A DNA stretch of 64,000 bases from Selaginella moellendorffii. Taxonomy: Eukaryota; Plantae; Lycopodiophyta. This document shows positions 11,495-25,224 of the stretch, piece after piece. The notes under the pieces were generated by a model. That model searched no databases. It was not told the origin of the DNA and saw nothing but the letters and a program-made list of their open reading frames with translations. The stretch's first letter is position 1. Each line of letters begins with the position of its first letter. The DNA is taken from the NCBI RefSeq assembly GCF_000143415.4, contig NW_003314277.1:383183-447182 (forward strand), written 5' to 3'. Position numbers and translations under genes: made by a program.

Positions 11495-12310
11495 ATTTCT
11501 AGGGTTCTTGAGGAAACTGGGACGGTAAGATGTAGCTCCCGCAAATCGGCGGCTCAGACAGATTTTCTAGCGGAATTTTCCCCGGCATGATAACAGCGCC
11601 TTGAGCTCGCTGATCAAAATCGCGATTCCTAGGCCAGCTCCAGGAGGAGGACTCCTGGTTCTTCCGCATTTCCAGGTGGAGTAGAGGGAAGCGACGCCAC
11701 GGAGAGAGTGTAGCGACGTCATAAGACAAGCGCATGGCAGGACTCGACTCTAGCGGGAGCTTTGAGAATGCTCTCTGGCGACTCGGTGTTTTACCACTCT
11801 CCAAAGAAGAAGAAAGACGATCCGCAACGACAGGTAGTCGATTGCATTCAGGAGTGGAGACTGCGATTCGAAGAGCACGATTAACGCGACGGAGTTTGTG
11901 TTCATGCAAAAGTGACTTCATGAAGCGGAACGCCAAGCTTTTGCAGAAGGCGTTGCAAACACGCTCGCTAGTCGGCTTCGAGATCAGAGCGGGTGGTACC
12001 GTAAGATGGCTCAAGTGCATCCTTCAGCTTGGCAAGATGGAAAGTGGACACAAGTTGGAGTTTGATTTCTTTACCACGAGTAACGGCGACACGGCCTTCT
12101 TTATATCAGGGAGATATGCCGATCGGATCAACCGACGCTGGTGAAGCTTTCAGGACCCGGACATCACAAGCTTTTAAGTTCCAGCCTGCGAAAGGAGCCA
12201 AGGACGCATTTGACGTATTATTGGAGCCCAGACCCGCCAGTGCCGTCTCCCAACCAGCTAACGAAGAAGCCGTAGATGCTGCTCGAGAGCGATATATGGC
12301 GTTGCCAAAA
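11495..12310 (+). pseudogene. Deleted, frameshifted relic of the DEAH helicase (paralogue of 2417-4540)
   Basis: Start context 'agcATTtctagggttcttg' versus 'agcATGtctagggttcttg'; matches to 3707-3860 and 4190-4320; PASAVSQPANEEAVDAARERYMA matches the C-terminus of the intact copy. Confidence 0.9.
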
Positions 12311-12603
12311 AGCCAAAGCTGCTGTGGTGGCCACTCCTGCACGGTTTCCGGTATGGCAGTGTCGGTTGTGCGTGTATGGTATTTTGTGATATCTCTGCAA
12401 ATCTTCTGTGCGCAGGTGGTTCTTCTCACTGTGAAAGATGTCATCATCGAAGCGGATATGCTGCTGCAGTCAATGAAATCGTTTTCTATCGCTGCTGGGG
12501 TCCCTCCATTCTGATCTTGGCTCTTCCGTGTTATTCCAAGGTGTGGATAGTTTGCTCCAGTGTGAGGTCTTGGGGGTGTTGAAGCTCGCTCAATTTTGCA
12601 GCG

Positions 12604-15364
12604 ATGGCGGAGGCTGAGGATTCCCCCGGTAAAGGCTACATGTGGAATCTGGACCGGATTGATCAACCGTTCGGGGAGGAAGCCGATCGTGTACACAATT
12701 TGCACACGGCAAAGGTAACTTGCAATTGTGTGCTTTTTGAGGTTCTCAAACCCTGTCATCGCTGTCAGAAACTCTCGACAACCACAACTCTGCGCTTAGC
12801 GTTCTTGAGCCTTGGAGTTGTCTATGGAGACTTGGGAACTTCTCCACTGTATGTCTTCTCCAACATCTTTCCCGACGGTATCAAGGACCGGAATGACCTT
12901 TTGGGAACACTGTCGCTGATCATCTACACCATCACTCTGATTGCTCTCGTGAAGTACGTCTTTTTTGCATTAAGAGCGAATGACAACGGAGAGGGTATGT
13001 TGAGTTCATTAAGATTGGAGAAACCCCTGATTCTTCTTCGGTTTTCTTTTTTCTAGGTGGAACTTTTGCTCTGTATTCCTTAATCTGTAGACATGCCAAA
13101 GTCAACACAATTCCCAATCAGCACCATACGGACAGAGCATTGACAACTTATAGTTTTCGGCCCATGTCCGAGAAGTCAACTGCTTACAAGCTGAAAAATG
13201 CACTTGAGACTAGCCTTTTCTTACAGAAGATACTGCTGGTGCTTGTCCTTCTTGGTACCAGCATGGTTATCGGAGACGGCATGCTGTCTCCGTCAATATC
13301 AGGTGTGCTGGCCTTGAAGCGCGTATCTGTTTAAGGATAACACTTGTTGTCTATCAAAATGCAGTACTATCAGCAGTTCAAGGAATCCGACTCTCCCATT
13401 TGGAGCTTCCAAAAGGTTGGTTTTTCTATTTTTCTCTTCCGATATTGTGAACTTCTAACGGTAATGCGTTCTGCTAACAGGGAGCGTTCTTATTCTCTCC
13501 TTATTGATTCTGGTTGCTCTATTCAGCATGCAACGATTTGGAACTGCCAAAGTCGGCTTTATGTTCGCGCCAATTATCTTCATCTGGTTTATTTCAATTG
13601 GCACTATAGGAATCTACAACATCTTTGTTCATTATCCTCCTGTCTTCAAGGCTCTTTCGCCTGTTTACATTTTTCGTTACTTCCGTGCTCAAGGAGTGAC
13701 CGCATGGATTTCCCTTGGAGGTGTCGTTCTTTCCGTTACAGGTGAAGCTTTGTTTGTTTTCCTTGGCAATCTCTCATCTCCGGATCCGCTAATTTTCCAG
13801 GAGCCGAAGCTTTATTTGCAGACTTGGGCCATTTCACGGCGCAATCCATCCAAGTAAGTTTCAAGCTGCTTATTTGTAAACTGTGTTCACTAAGTCGCAC
13901 CATGGCAGCTTGCGTTTACTATTATAGTGTTTCCGTGCTTAATAGCAGCTTACATGGGACAAGCTGCTTATCTTATGAAGTATCCACGGGATGTTGACGA
14001 ACCATTTTACAACTCGATACCGAATAGACCGTTTATCTATTGGCCTATGTTCGTAGTTGCGACAGCAGCTGCAATAATAGCAAGCCAAGCAACGATCTCG
14101 GCTACGTTTTCCATCGTCAAGCAGGCCGTAGCGCTTGGATGCTTCCCAAGAGTAAAAATAGTTCACACGTCGCACAGGTTTCTGGGACAAGTGTACGTTC
14201 CCGAGGTAAACTGGACCCTGATGGTCGCCTGCTTGCTGATAACAGCGGGTTTCCGGGAGACACAGCAGATCGGAAATGCATACGGTAAGCTTTTAAATGT
14301 AATCTCTAGTTTAACAGTTTTTTTCTCACCATTGTGCCCTCGCAGGTGTGGCAGTCGTGCTCGTCATGGTCGTGACAACGTTTTTGTTGGCTATGGTTAT
14401 GATTCTTATATGGCACAGCAACCTCTACTTGGCCTTCTCCTTCCTGGCGGTGTTTGGCTCGCTGGAGTTGCTCTACTTTTCATCGGTTTTGTTCAAGGTG
14501 ACGAGCGGGGGATGGGTTCCTCTGGCGATAGGCTCGGTTCTCATGGCAGTCATGTACTTCTGGCACTACGGCTCTTGCGAGAGGCACAAGTTTGAGCTCC
14601 AGAACAAGGTGTCCCTTGGATGGATCCTCCAGCTCGGCCCAAGCCTCGGGATGGTGAGGCTGCCAGGAATCGGCCTGTTCTACACCGAGCTAGCTCACGG
14701 GGTTCCATCGATCTTCTCGCACTTCCTCACGCACTTTCCAGCGGTCCATTCCATCCTCACCTTCGTGTGCGTCAAGTATCTCCCGGTGAGCACCGTCGCC
14801 AAAGAAGAGAGGTTCCTTCTGAGGAGGATCGGTCCCAAGCAGTTTCGGATGTACCGCTGCGTGGTGAGGTACGGCTACAAGGATCTCCACAAGAAGGACG
14901 ACCACTTCGACGAGCTTCTCATCCGCGCACTGGCCGCCTTCATTCGCTACGAGTCGCTCATGGAGAGCGTGGACGAGCAGTCGGAAGAGACCGTGACGAG
15001 CAACGGGTCCCTGGAAAGCTGCGGCGCGGCTCCTCCACTGCAAGCACAGGTGGACGGGCACACCATCACTGGCAGTGAGATTTGCTTGACAGCGTCAAGC
15101 GTCTCCTCGATCCAGCGGCAAACTCCAAGGAGCTTGAGAGAGGAGGAGGACGAGTGCGCGTTTCTAATCAAGTGCAAGGAAGATGGGATCGTTCACATAA
15201 TGGGGAGCACTGTGATGCGAGCAAGGCAAGGGTCGGGCTTCTTCAAGCGGCATGCCATCAACTCGGGGTATAGTTTCCTGCGGAAGCTGTGCAGGGACAC
15301 GAGTGTGATATACCATGTACCTCACGAGAGCCTCCTTCACGTAGGGATGGTTTATAACATTTGA
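12604..15364 (+). CDS. KUP/HAK/KT potassium transporter, about 8 exons
   Basis: [20 protein letters not shown]|[33 protein letters not shown] and YRCVVRYGY motifs; GT-AG introns. Confidence 0.95.
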
Positions 15365-15517
15365 TATGTGGCTAAAGTCACCTTTCGTTTTTGTAGAAGT
15401 TACTTCTTTAACTTATCCTGTACATGGTTCTTTTCTTTTTATATTAACAAGAAAAGTTTTTTTATATAAATACCTTTCTTATTAAACGGTTGATTGTAGC
15501 TTTTAAAAGAAGAATAT

Positions 15518-15937
15518 ATGGATATAATTCTTGTTTTTCTGTCTTTAAAATTTGTTTATACATCTAGACTTGATTATAGATCACAAGATATAAATCTTAT
15601 ACATCCAAATACTACAAGTATAATTGTTTCAAGATTACTTATGATGGTACATAATGCAATTCCATCTCAAGATACCATACAAATAGGCCAATCTATTGAC
15701 AATGATGTAATCCTAGAAGATGGGATTCAGGGCAATATAACCGTTACCATGCAAATATGGCTTTATAGTGTTGAAAGAAGGGAAAATTATGTATATTGTT
15801 CAACTAACCCTTCTGAGGAAGAAGAGAGAAATCTACCACATTGAGATAATCTAATAATGGAATATTATTAAGAGCTTTTAAGACTTGGATCTAGAATGAT
15901 TTCTATAACATCAAGAATATATGTATTTATTATTTGA
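15518..15937 (+). pseudogene. Truncated/frameshifted paralogue of the 8325-9230 lectin-chimera gene, running into the gap
   Basis: GNITVTMQIWLYSVERRENYVYCSTNPS versus GNITVIMQIWLFSVERGNGYRYCSTNPS; stop at 15844, but DNA homology ('cttggatctaga...catcaagaatatatg') continues to the gap. Confidence 0.8.
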
Positions 15938-16461
15938 NNNNNNNNNNNNNNNNNNNNNNNNNNNNNNNNNNNNNNNNNNNNNNNNNNNNNNNNNNNNNNN
16001 NNNNNNNNNNNNNNNNNNNNNNNNNNNNNNNNNNNNNNNNNNNNNNNNNNNNNNNNNNNNNNNNNNNNNNNNNNNNNNNNNNNNNNNNNNNNNNNNNNNN
16101 NNNNNNNNNNNNNNNNNNNNNNNNNNNNNNNNNNNNNNNNNNNNNNNNNNNNNNNNNNNNNNNNNNNNNNNNNNNNNNNNNNNNNNNNNNNNNNNNNNNN
16201 NNNNNNNNNNNNNNNNNNNNNNNNNNNNNNNNNNNNNNNNNNNNNNNNNNNNNNNNNNNNNNNNNNNNNNNNNNNNNNNNNNNNNNNNNNNNNNNNNNNN
16301 NNNNNNNNNNNNNNNNNNNNNNNNNNNNNNNNNNNNNNNNNNNNNNNNNNNNNNNNNNNNNNNNNNNNNNNNNNNNNNNNNNNNNNNNNNNNNNNNNNNN
16401 NNNNNNNNNNNNNNNNNNNNNNNNNNNNNNNNNNNNNNNNNNNNNNNNNNNNNNNNNNNNN
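15938..16461. other. Assembly gap (N run)
   Basis: 524 N. Confidence 0.99.
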
Positions 16462-16561
16462 AAATGCTATAATATATAACTTCAGGATATTCAATAAAAA
16501 TGAATTCTGGTATCATGTTAAACTTCAAATGATCATGTTAAACTTTAAACCTAGAATTAAT

Positions 16562-19500
16562 TTACTTCAGAGGCCCCAAAACTGCATCTTCAATCTCATA
16601 TCCTTTGCCAACCATCTCTTCCACAAACTTGGCCGCCTTGCCTCGTGCCTTCCCACCATACGCCAAGTCCATAATCTCCTCCAGCACCGCTCGAGCCTCT
16701 CCTCCCTGCCCCGATTTACAAAGCCCCGCCACCAAACTAGCACACCTCTCCGGAGCCGGGAGCTGCCCACCTCGTACCATATCCCTCACAAACCCCAGCG
16801 CCATCTCCATCTTCCCTGCCTCGAGCAAACCATCCACGGCAAAGCGATACACTTCGTCACCCCACGCCTCGCTCCGCAAGCTCTCTCGCCCCTCGCGGAG
16901 TATCTCCAGCGCCCGAGCACTCCTGCCGCTCTTGCAAAGCTCCGCTGCCAGCGTCCCATACACGACGTGGTCGGGGGAGATCCCTGCGCAGACCATCTCC
17001 CCGAAGAGCTTGAGACCTCCATCGACCTGACCCGCGGAGCAAAACCCGAGTATCAGCGCAGTGTACGTGAACAAGTTTGGAGCGCAGCCGGAGCTCTTCA
17101 TCTGCGCGAACACCCCGCAAGCTTCCGGTAGCCGGTTGGCCTTGCAAAGCCCCGAGACGAGCGCAGTGTAAGTCACCACGTTTGGAGCAAGCCCCCGGGC
17201 GACCATGTCCGAGAGGAGCTCCCGGGCTCTCTCCGTTTGCCCCGCCCGGCAATGCCCGTGGACGAGCGTGTTGTAAGTCACCACGTCCGGGGATTGCCCG
17301 CTGGAAACCATCGCGTCTAGCACCTCTCGAGCTTCTTTGATCCGGCCCGCCTTGCACAGCCCGTGAATCAGAGTGTTTTGCGTCACGACCGTCGGCTTGC
17401 ACTGCCTCTTCACCATGTCCTCCAAAAGGTGGCGGGCATCGTCGACTCTGGCGATGGAGCAAAGCCCGGAGATGAGTGTGCTGTAAGTCACCACGTCCGG
17501 GACGTGGCCATCGTCGGTCATCCTCTTGAGCAGCCTGAAAGCCTCGTCCAGCTTTCCTCTCTTGCAGTGAGCGTCGATCAGGATGTTGAAGGTGAAGCGG
17601 CTGGGGCGGCAGCCTTTGCTCCTCATGCTCTTGAAGAGCTCCAGTGCCTCGTCCAGAGTGTAGGCCAAGCACATCCCGTGGATCACGACGTTGTATGTCA
17701 CGGCCGAGGGGGTGATGCCCGAGTCGAGCATCCTCTGGAAGAGCTTGTAGGCCTCGTTGAGCTTCCCAGCTTTGGCAAGGCCGTCGATGAGGATTCCATA
17801 GCTCCAGCTATCCGGTGGTATGTCTTTCGCTTCCATCTCGTGGAAAACTTGGCAGGCTTGATCGATCTTCGACTGCTGGCACAGGCCGAGGATGATAGTG
17901 TTGTGTGAGCGACGGTTTGGAGTACAGCCCAGGCGCTCCATCTCGTTGAACAGGAGGAGAGCTTCTTCCACTCGGCTGGACTTGCAGAGCCCGTCCATGA
18001 CCGTGTTGTAAGTCACCACGTCCGGGACGTGACCATCTTCTATCATCTTCTTAATCAAGTCGCAGGCCTCCTCCAGCATTCCTCTCTTGCAGCTCGCGTC
18101 GATCATAACGTTGTAAGTCACCGGGCTTGGAGGGCAGCCTCTTCGGTTCATGTCCGCGAAGAGCTCGCGAGCATCGTCGAAGCTGTTGGCCATGCAAAGC
18201 CCGTGAATGAGACTCGTGTAGGCCACCGTCGAGGGAGTCACTCCCGAGTGTAGAAGCTTTTGGAAAAGGTTGCGAGCGTCGTTAAGTTTCCCTGCCTTGG
18301 CGAGGCCGTCGATGAGGATACCATAGCTCCAGCTATCCGGTGATACGTTTCTTTCGTTCATCTTCTCGAACATCTGGACCGCCTCGTCGATTCTATCGTT
18401 TTGGCACAGTCCCAGGATGACGATATTGTATCCGCGGAGGCTTGGAGGCGAGGAACTCGAAGAAGAACTAGACGGAAGTTCTCTGTCACCAAACAGCCGG
18501 ACTGCCTCCTCGACGCGACCGGCCTTGCAAAGCCCGTCCAAAACCGTGCAGTAGGACACTTCGTCGGGAGCACACTCCTCGTCGGGCATCGCTCTGAGAA
18601 GCTCGCGAGCCTTGTCGACTTGTCCTCGCGAGCAAAATCCTTCGAGAAGCACGTTCAAGGTGACGAGACAAGGCTCACGCCTGTTCTCCCTGTAAACTTG
18701 CAGCGCCTCGTCTATCCGTCCGGAATCCATGAGCCCGACAAGAACAGAGTCGAGAGAACCGGCCGCGAGAGGTATTCTTTTCTCGGACATCGTTCTCGCC
18801 AGCTCCAAGGCATCGTCCACTCTGGCAGCCTTGCAAAGCGCCACTACGACGATGTTGTAGGCGCTAGAGTTTGCAACTGGCATAATCTCCAGTAGCTGAA
18901 AGGCACGCTCCATGCTTCCTCGCAAGCATAGCTCGTGCGCCAGAAAGCTCGATGTTGCAAAGTAAGGTGGTATCATCCTGCTTCTCATCTCGTCCATAAC
19001 TAGCTCCGCCTCGTCCATCTTCCCAGCCTTGCAGAGCCCACACAAGATGGTGGTGAAAGTAAACGAGTCAGGAAAACACCCTCTGTCCACCATCACTTGC
19101 ACCATCTTCTTTACGGCCTCTGTTTCCTGCCTCTTCGAAAGGCTGTCTATCAGAACGTTGTAAACGTCCGGGTATGGAGAGTGGCACTCTTCCATCAGGG
19201 AGAAAATTTTCACCGCCTCGAAAGTTCTCCCAACGTTGCACCATCCCTGGATGACGCTGGTGAAGAGCAAGGGAGCCGGAAAAATCCCTTGCTGAAACAT
19301 CACTCGAAGAACTTTCTCGGCCTCGGCTAGCTTCTCAGCTTCCACGAATCCATGAACAAGGGACGAGCATGTAGCCTCCTCCACCAGAGTAAAATCCCTT
19401 GAGAACTTGTGACAAAATACCTTCCAGGCCTCCCCAAGCTTTATACTACCCTGAAATTCTTTTTCTAACTTTGAAGCGCTTTTTTTCTTTGCAATTCTAC

Positions 19501-19669
19501 CCGCATTGCTTCGATCTTCCACACCTGTTCTGGACAAATCGATCAATCTCCTCCAGCGGCTTCCACTGGAGCATCTAAACCCACCTGAGAACGATCGCCT
19601 GCTGCCGAAGCCAAATGTAGCACACCCCGATAGCAGCAAGGGTCTCAACCTCCTTGAGTTGTGTGCCAT
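16562..19669 (-). CDS. P-class pentatricopeptide repeat protein, 1035 aa, intronless, with a putative organellar transit peptide
   Basis: More than 20 tandem 35-aa repeats (PDVVTYNTLVHGHCRAG etc.); Arg/Ser-rich N-terminus. Confidence 0.95.
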   Translation of the reverse strand: MAHNSRRLRPLLLSGCATFGFGSRRSFSGGFRCSSGSRWRRLIDLSRTGVEDRSNAGRIAKKKSASKLEKEFQGSIKLGEAWKVFCHKFSRDFTLVEEATCSSLVHGFVEAEKLAEAEKVLRVMFQQGIFPAPLLFTSVIQGWCNVGRTFEAVKIFSLMEECHSPYPDVYNVLIDSLSKRQETEAVKKMVQVMVDRGCFPDSFTFTTILCGLCKAGKMDEAELVMDEMRSRMIPPYFATSSFLAHELCLRGSMERAFQLLEIMPVANSSAYNIVVVALCKAARVDDALELARTMSEKRIPLAAGSLDSVLVGLMDSGRIDEALQVYRENRREPCLVTLNVLLEGFCSRGQVDKARELLRAMPDEECAPDEVSYCTVLDGLCKAGRVEEAVRLFGDRELPSSSSSSSSPPSLRGYNIVILGLCQNDRIDEAVQMFEKMNERNVSPDSWSYGILIDGLAKAGKLNDARNLFQKLLHSGVTPSTVAYTSLIHGLCMANSFDDARELFADMNRRGCPPSPVTYNVMIDASCKRGMLEEACDLIKKMIEDGHVPDVVTYNTVMDGLCKSSRVEEALLLFNEMERLGCTPNRRSHNTIILGLCQQSKIDQACQVFHEMEAKDIPPDSWSYGILIDGLAKAGKLNEAYKLFQRMLDSGITPSAVTYNVVIHGMCLAYTLDEALELFKSMRSKGCRPSRFTFNILIDAHCKRGKLDEAFRLLKRMTDDGHVPDVVTYSTLISGLCSIARVDDARHLLEDMVKRQCKPTVVTQNTLIHGLCKAGRIKEAREVLDAMVSSGQSPDVVTYNTLVHGHCRAGQTERARELLSDMVARGLAPNVVTYTALVSGLCKANRLPEACGVFAQMKSSGCAPNLFTYTALILGFCSAGQVDGGLKLFGEMVCAGISPDHVVYGTLAAELCKSGRSARALEILREGRESLRSEAWGDEVYRFAVDGLLEAGKMEMALGFVRDMVRGGQLPAPERCASLVAGLCKSGQGGEARAVLEEIMDLAYGGKARGKAAKFVEEMVGKGYEIEDAVLGPLK

Positions 19670-19732
19670 CGGCCTCCATTCTCTTTAAGAACTAGATACC
19701 ATAAACCCTAAACCCAAGACCTTTCATTTTGA

Positions 19733-19736
<4 letters not shown>

Positions 19737-19764
<28 letters not shown>
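19737..19764. repeat. (TA)n microsatellite
   Basis: Direct TA run. Confidence 0.9.
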
Positions 19765-21199
19765 ATGAAAGATATATCCTTTATATTAAATTGCAGTAAA
19801 AGTGAATAAATTAGTTTTCCAACTTAATGTATATCAATAAAACTTTTGTTACAATCATCTATACAATAATAAATTCCTTTCTCACATTTTTTTTGTTTTT
19901 ATTTTTTCTATTTATGTTTTGACATTGATTTTCTTAAAAGTTTGTGTGAAACTTCCATACTCTCAAAACAATTTCTATGTAGTTACAAAATTTTTTGCTT
20001 TTGCCTAGGAGGGAAGAAAGGAATATTATTAAAGTTGGTATAATTTTAAACAAGATACTATTCCTTTAAAATCTATAAAAAATAATTATTATTTATAAAT
20101 AATTATAAATTAAAATTACGAGAAATATAAAGGACCAACATTTTGGGGTTTAATATATTAAAATCACTTATGAAATATAAAAAATAAATATTAATATTAA
20201 TAAAAAAAATACTCACTATTAATTGTAATTGGTGGTGCTTGTATTGCAATGTTTTTCAACTAAAGAATAAATTTTTAATGCCGACCAAATATTATTTAAT
20301 TTTAATACTGTATTATTTATATTAATTACTACATTGTATTTATTTTCAATTATAAAATAATATATATATCTATTTAAGTTTTTTATATCTACTAATACCC
20401 CAAATTTTATTTTTACCTATGACAATGAAGAATAAAGAAAGAATTAAAAACTGGTATTTGTGATGTTTTTGTTTCTCAAATTTGAATTTTAAAAATATAG
20501 AAAAGGACTTTTCAAATTATAACTATAATTTCTTTTCAAATCATAAAGATAGTTTTCTAAGAAAACTGATCATATGGGATATCAAAATATTTTTTATTTG
20601 GTTCTTGAATTGTTTGGTCATAGTGGCTATATTATTATTTCATCAAGAGTGACACTTCAGCATTAAATTATTGCCACTTACTAGCAAATTGCTTAAAGGT
20701 ACTCAATCAATATATAATTTTCCAAATACAGGACATATCAATATAGAGTTTGATATTTGTGTTTGTAAATTAAAATGTTTTAAATATTAAAGTTATGGGC
20801 AATATGTTTTTGTGGGAGAGGAAAGTGTTCAAAAAACATTCCATGCTTATTAATAGCTATCTTGCTAACACACACAAAATTGGTGAATGTTAATACATGT
20901 TACTGCAGATCTAATCCAAGTTATAGAAATTGTACCAAGGAATTCATAGCACTGGCTTTCCTGTGATGATTAACCCAACTCGTTTTCAATGGCCATCCAA
21001 ATCTTAGGAGTTTTGAAATTTTAAACATACATTTCCCAGAATTTAGCTTGCATTTTTTCTCATTGAGCTCTGCCTAGTTGTAGAGAGGGAGAAAGTTCAT
21101 TGTTCCTTGGCACAAAGAATTGTGTTTTCTAACTCGTGTTAATGAACAAAAGCGACATATACGAATGCTACCACAGAGCTGGGTTTGGCCCCAAGATTG

Positions 21200-22334
21200 T
21201 TCTTGCAAACCAGTATAGGAGTGCGAGTGAAGCTCTGGGAAGTTTGCAACGGGGTGTGGGGTCCGAAAGATTTTCACCTTGTGAAAATCAAGTAGCCTTT
21301 TTCAATCCCCTCTCAACTAAATCTATGACATATCCGCGCATGTTTTGTAAGCAGATTTTCCAGGGTACATTGAGACTGGCAGTGCAACGCTGGCTCTACA
21401 CCCTCATCACTAATATTCTTGTGGCGGTTAAGGCCTGAATTACTGTGGAACTTGGGTGAACAACATGGGAAGCATATGCAAAGGAGGTATCGAGCAGGAC
21501 TTGCTCATAGCCGATGTGGAAGCCTGGAGAAATTTTGTGAAGGAAATCAATAGGCCAAGTATAGCTTTGATCTCTTCCCTCTTTCAAAGGCCTTGTATGA
21601 ACGGAAATCATCGAGCATGTCAGCAGTTTGTGAATCATCGAGCTTTGTCGTCTGCGTACTCGAAAGAAAAGCTCCTTCAATCCGAATTGCCACACATAAT
21701 CATGTGGACGATATTGAACTGAGTATCTCCAGCTGCAATGTCCACCAGGAAGCAAAACAAGTCGTTGACACAACTTACGTGGTCTGCAACTAGTCATTCA
21801 GCTTCTTGGAGGTCCTGATTTGAAACGGCGTCGTCCTGGAGTTTGAATCCCATGCCATACTCCATTAGTTTCCATAACAAATACACCAACTAACACGCGA
21901 CGGTGAGTCAGCAGCCCCTCCAAGCCCAGATTCTTCAGCTTCACCTGATTCACGCTTGCCTCCAACAGCTCGGACACTCTGTTGGAAAATCGTTGGCATG
22001 GATATGCCAAGGTAGCTCTCAACAAGCCTCTTGGCACCTCCAAAGTCAGCTCCAAGGCCCTACAAGTCGTCAAGGATATCATCAACATGGAAGCACCAAC
22101 AGGCAAGCTTGCACATATTCTCAACTCTGGAATCATCAGCAACAGGGATAAAATGCAAGTGGCTCGAACTCCCTTCTCAGCAGCAAGGCGTTTCCTACTT
22201 TCGGGATTCCCTTCACCATGCGCAAGCTCCAAAGTTGCAGCCCAATCTTCCAAGCCTGGGCGAATGAAAGAATACAGAGGGTGGCACTTAACCAGGGAAT
22301 GAGCACTGGACATTTAGAACGAAATCGTAGCCAT
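21200..22334 (-). pseudogene. Microbial-type terpene synthase-like (MTPSL) pseudogene
   Basis: Across frameshifts reads VKCHPLYSFIRPGLEDWAATL...RKRLAAEKGVRATCI/ADDSRVENMCKLACWCFHVDDILDD (DDxxD at 22066-22083); many stops downstream; NSE/DTE motif not recoverable. Confidence 0.7.
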
Positions 22335-22504
22335 TGGGATCTGAATGAAACCACACAACAACCCTACAGCACATTCGTCTTATCGGTAGGAGACGTAACG
22401 CAAAAATGGAGTGCTGAGTTCATATGGCTTGCAACTATGAAGGAGAGCAGAAAACGTAATAAGAATATATACAAATATTCCCTAAAACCCGTATTTAGAA
22501 GGTT

Positions 22505-23827
<1,323 letters not shown>

Positions 23828-23944
23828 CTAGAACTTTTCTCACCTTTAAACCCCTCCGTAGATGAGAAAGAAAAAAACAAATGAAAAGCCACACCAAGAC
23901 AATGTGGCATGTTTTTAAAGTTTTTCCCCTTGTAATCTCTAACA

Positions 23945-24100
23945 CAAGATCCAGCTTTGGAGTACTGGTCGTGGCTGCCAGATGTGATGCTCAAGCTGAC
24001 TGGAAAAGGATTCCGCTCTAGTTCTGGGGGTTGATTGCCAGGAGCTTCTCTTCCACTGGATCCCCACTGCTTTGGTCTGTCCAGCACAAACTCACCGAGA
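23945..24100 (-). pseudogene. Short deleted relic of the AOR gene
   Basis: 'tccagctttggagtactggtcgtggctgcca' matches 22952-22982; 'ttgattgccaggagcttctcttccac...tgctttggtctgtccagcacaaactc' matches 23206-23285. Confidence 0.8.
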
Positions 24101-25224
24101 CGAAAATGACAGCAGTTGGCTACGTGACCGCCTAAAACCCTATCTAAACCCTGTCATAACAATATTCTGTTTTGAAATTGTGGATAATTATCCAAACCAA
24201 ATTAGTTAATAAATGAATTTGACTCTAAATTTAGGTGTAGTATAGAGAATATAGTCAAGTTCTATGGCTTTCTCAATATTTGGATCCCTGTACTCATATA
24301 CTTCTTCTGTGGGATTATTTGAATCTCTTTTACGAGGATTCATCTCTCTTGCTCTTTAAGAAGAGAAATCGTGCTTTACTAACGATTTAGACATTGTGAA
24401 TGTGTTTATTATTTAAAATTGCACCTTGCTTGTGTGTTAATTGCTCCAAAACTGGGTGGAACAAAAGTTTGATAATGATCCAATCAACATTTCACATTGA
24501 ATAACAAAATTGATGGCTATTTTAAAACATGTACACAAAGCATTAAATTTTTGGGGTTAAAGTATATATACAAAATGAAGACCATTTAATTTGGCTCCTC
24601 ATCTTCCATGGTCCCAAAAATTTAGAATGTCCAATCCAATTTAAAAGCTGTTTGATTAGATAATTCCTTTCTTGTCTCTATTTTTAATTTCTTCTTTAGA
24701 TCTCTAAACCTTTTCATTATCACCACTCATCCTAACTAGGTGACTTTAGTGCCAATTAATAGTTGATAAATCTTCTCTTAGGATCATCACACAGAAGGCT
24801 AAGTTGGTTAAAATGACAAGTACATATATTAATATTTTAGGATTCATTACAATATCTCATTCAAAACTTGCTTGCATTGTTTCTCCTTCAATAAGTTTCT
24901 TCTAATTTAATTCACCATTCTCAGTTTAGTTTTAACTTGGAACCTTGGATTGGAAGTACATATTTTATTAATAAAGAAGATTATTCTCCCGTTTTAAATC
25001 CTCCTTTTATAGTTGTCCAATCAAAATATCTCATATCTCTTTGCATGAGTTTCAGAACTTGTCTATGGTCTATGGTGGCTAATGCTAAGATTAGGATTAT
25101 GACCTACTATATAAAATGAGTCACCACAAGTAGATTACGCCTGACCTTTTGGCCTCAATATCCATAATGTAGACTTCGAGGTAGTTTTGAACCGGTTTAG
25201 GGTTAAACCCCTAAACCCTACAGC

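Noticed and set aside
15868-16528. Long ORFs of X residues (also around 10845-11299)
   Set aside because: Artefacts of N gaps.
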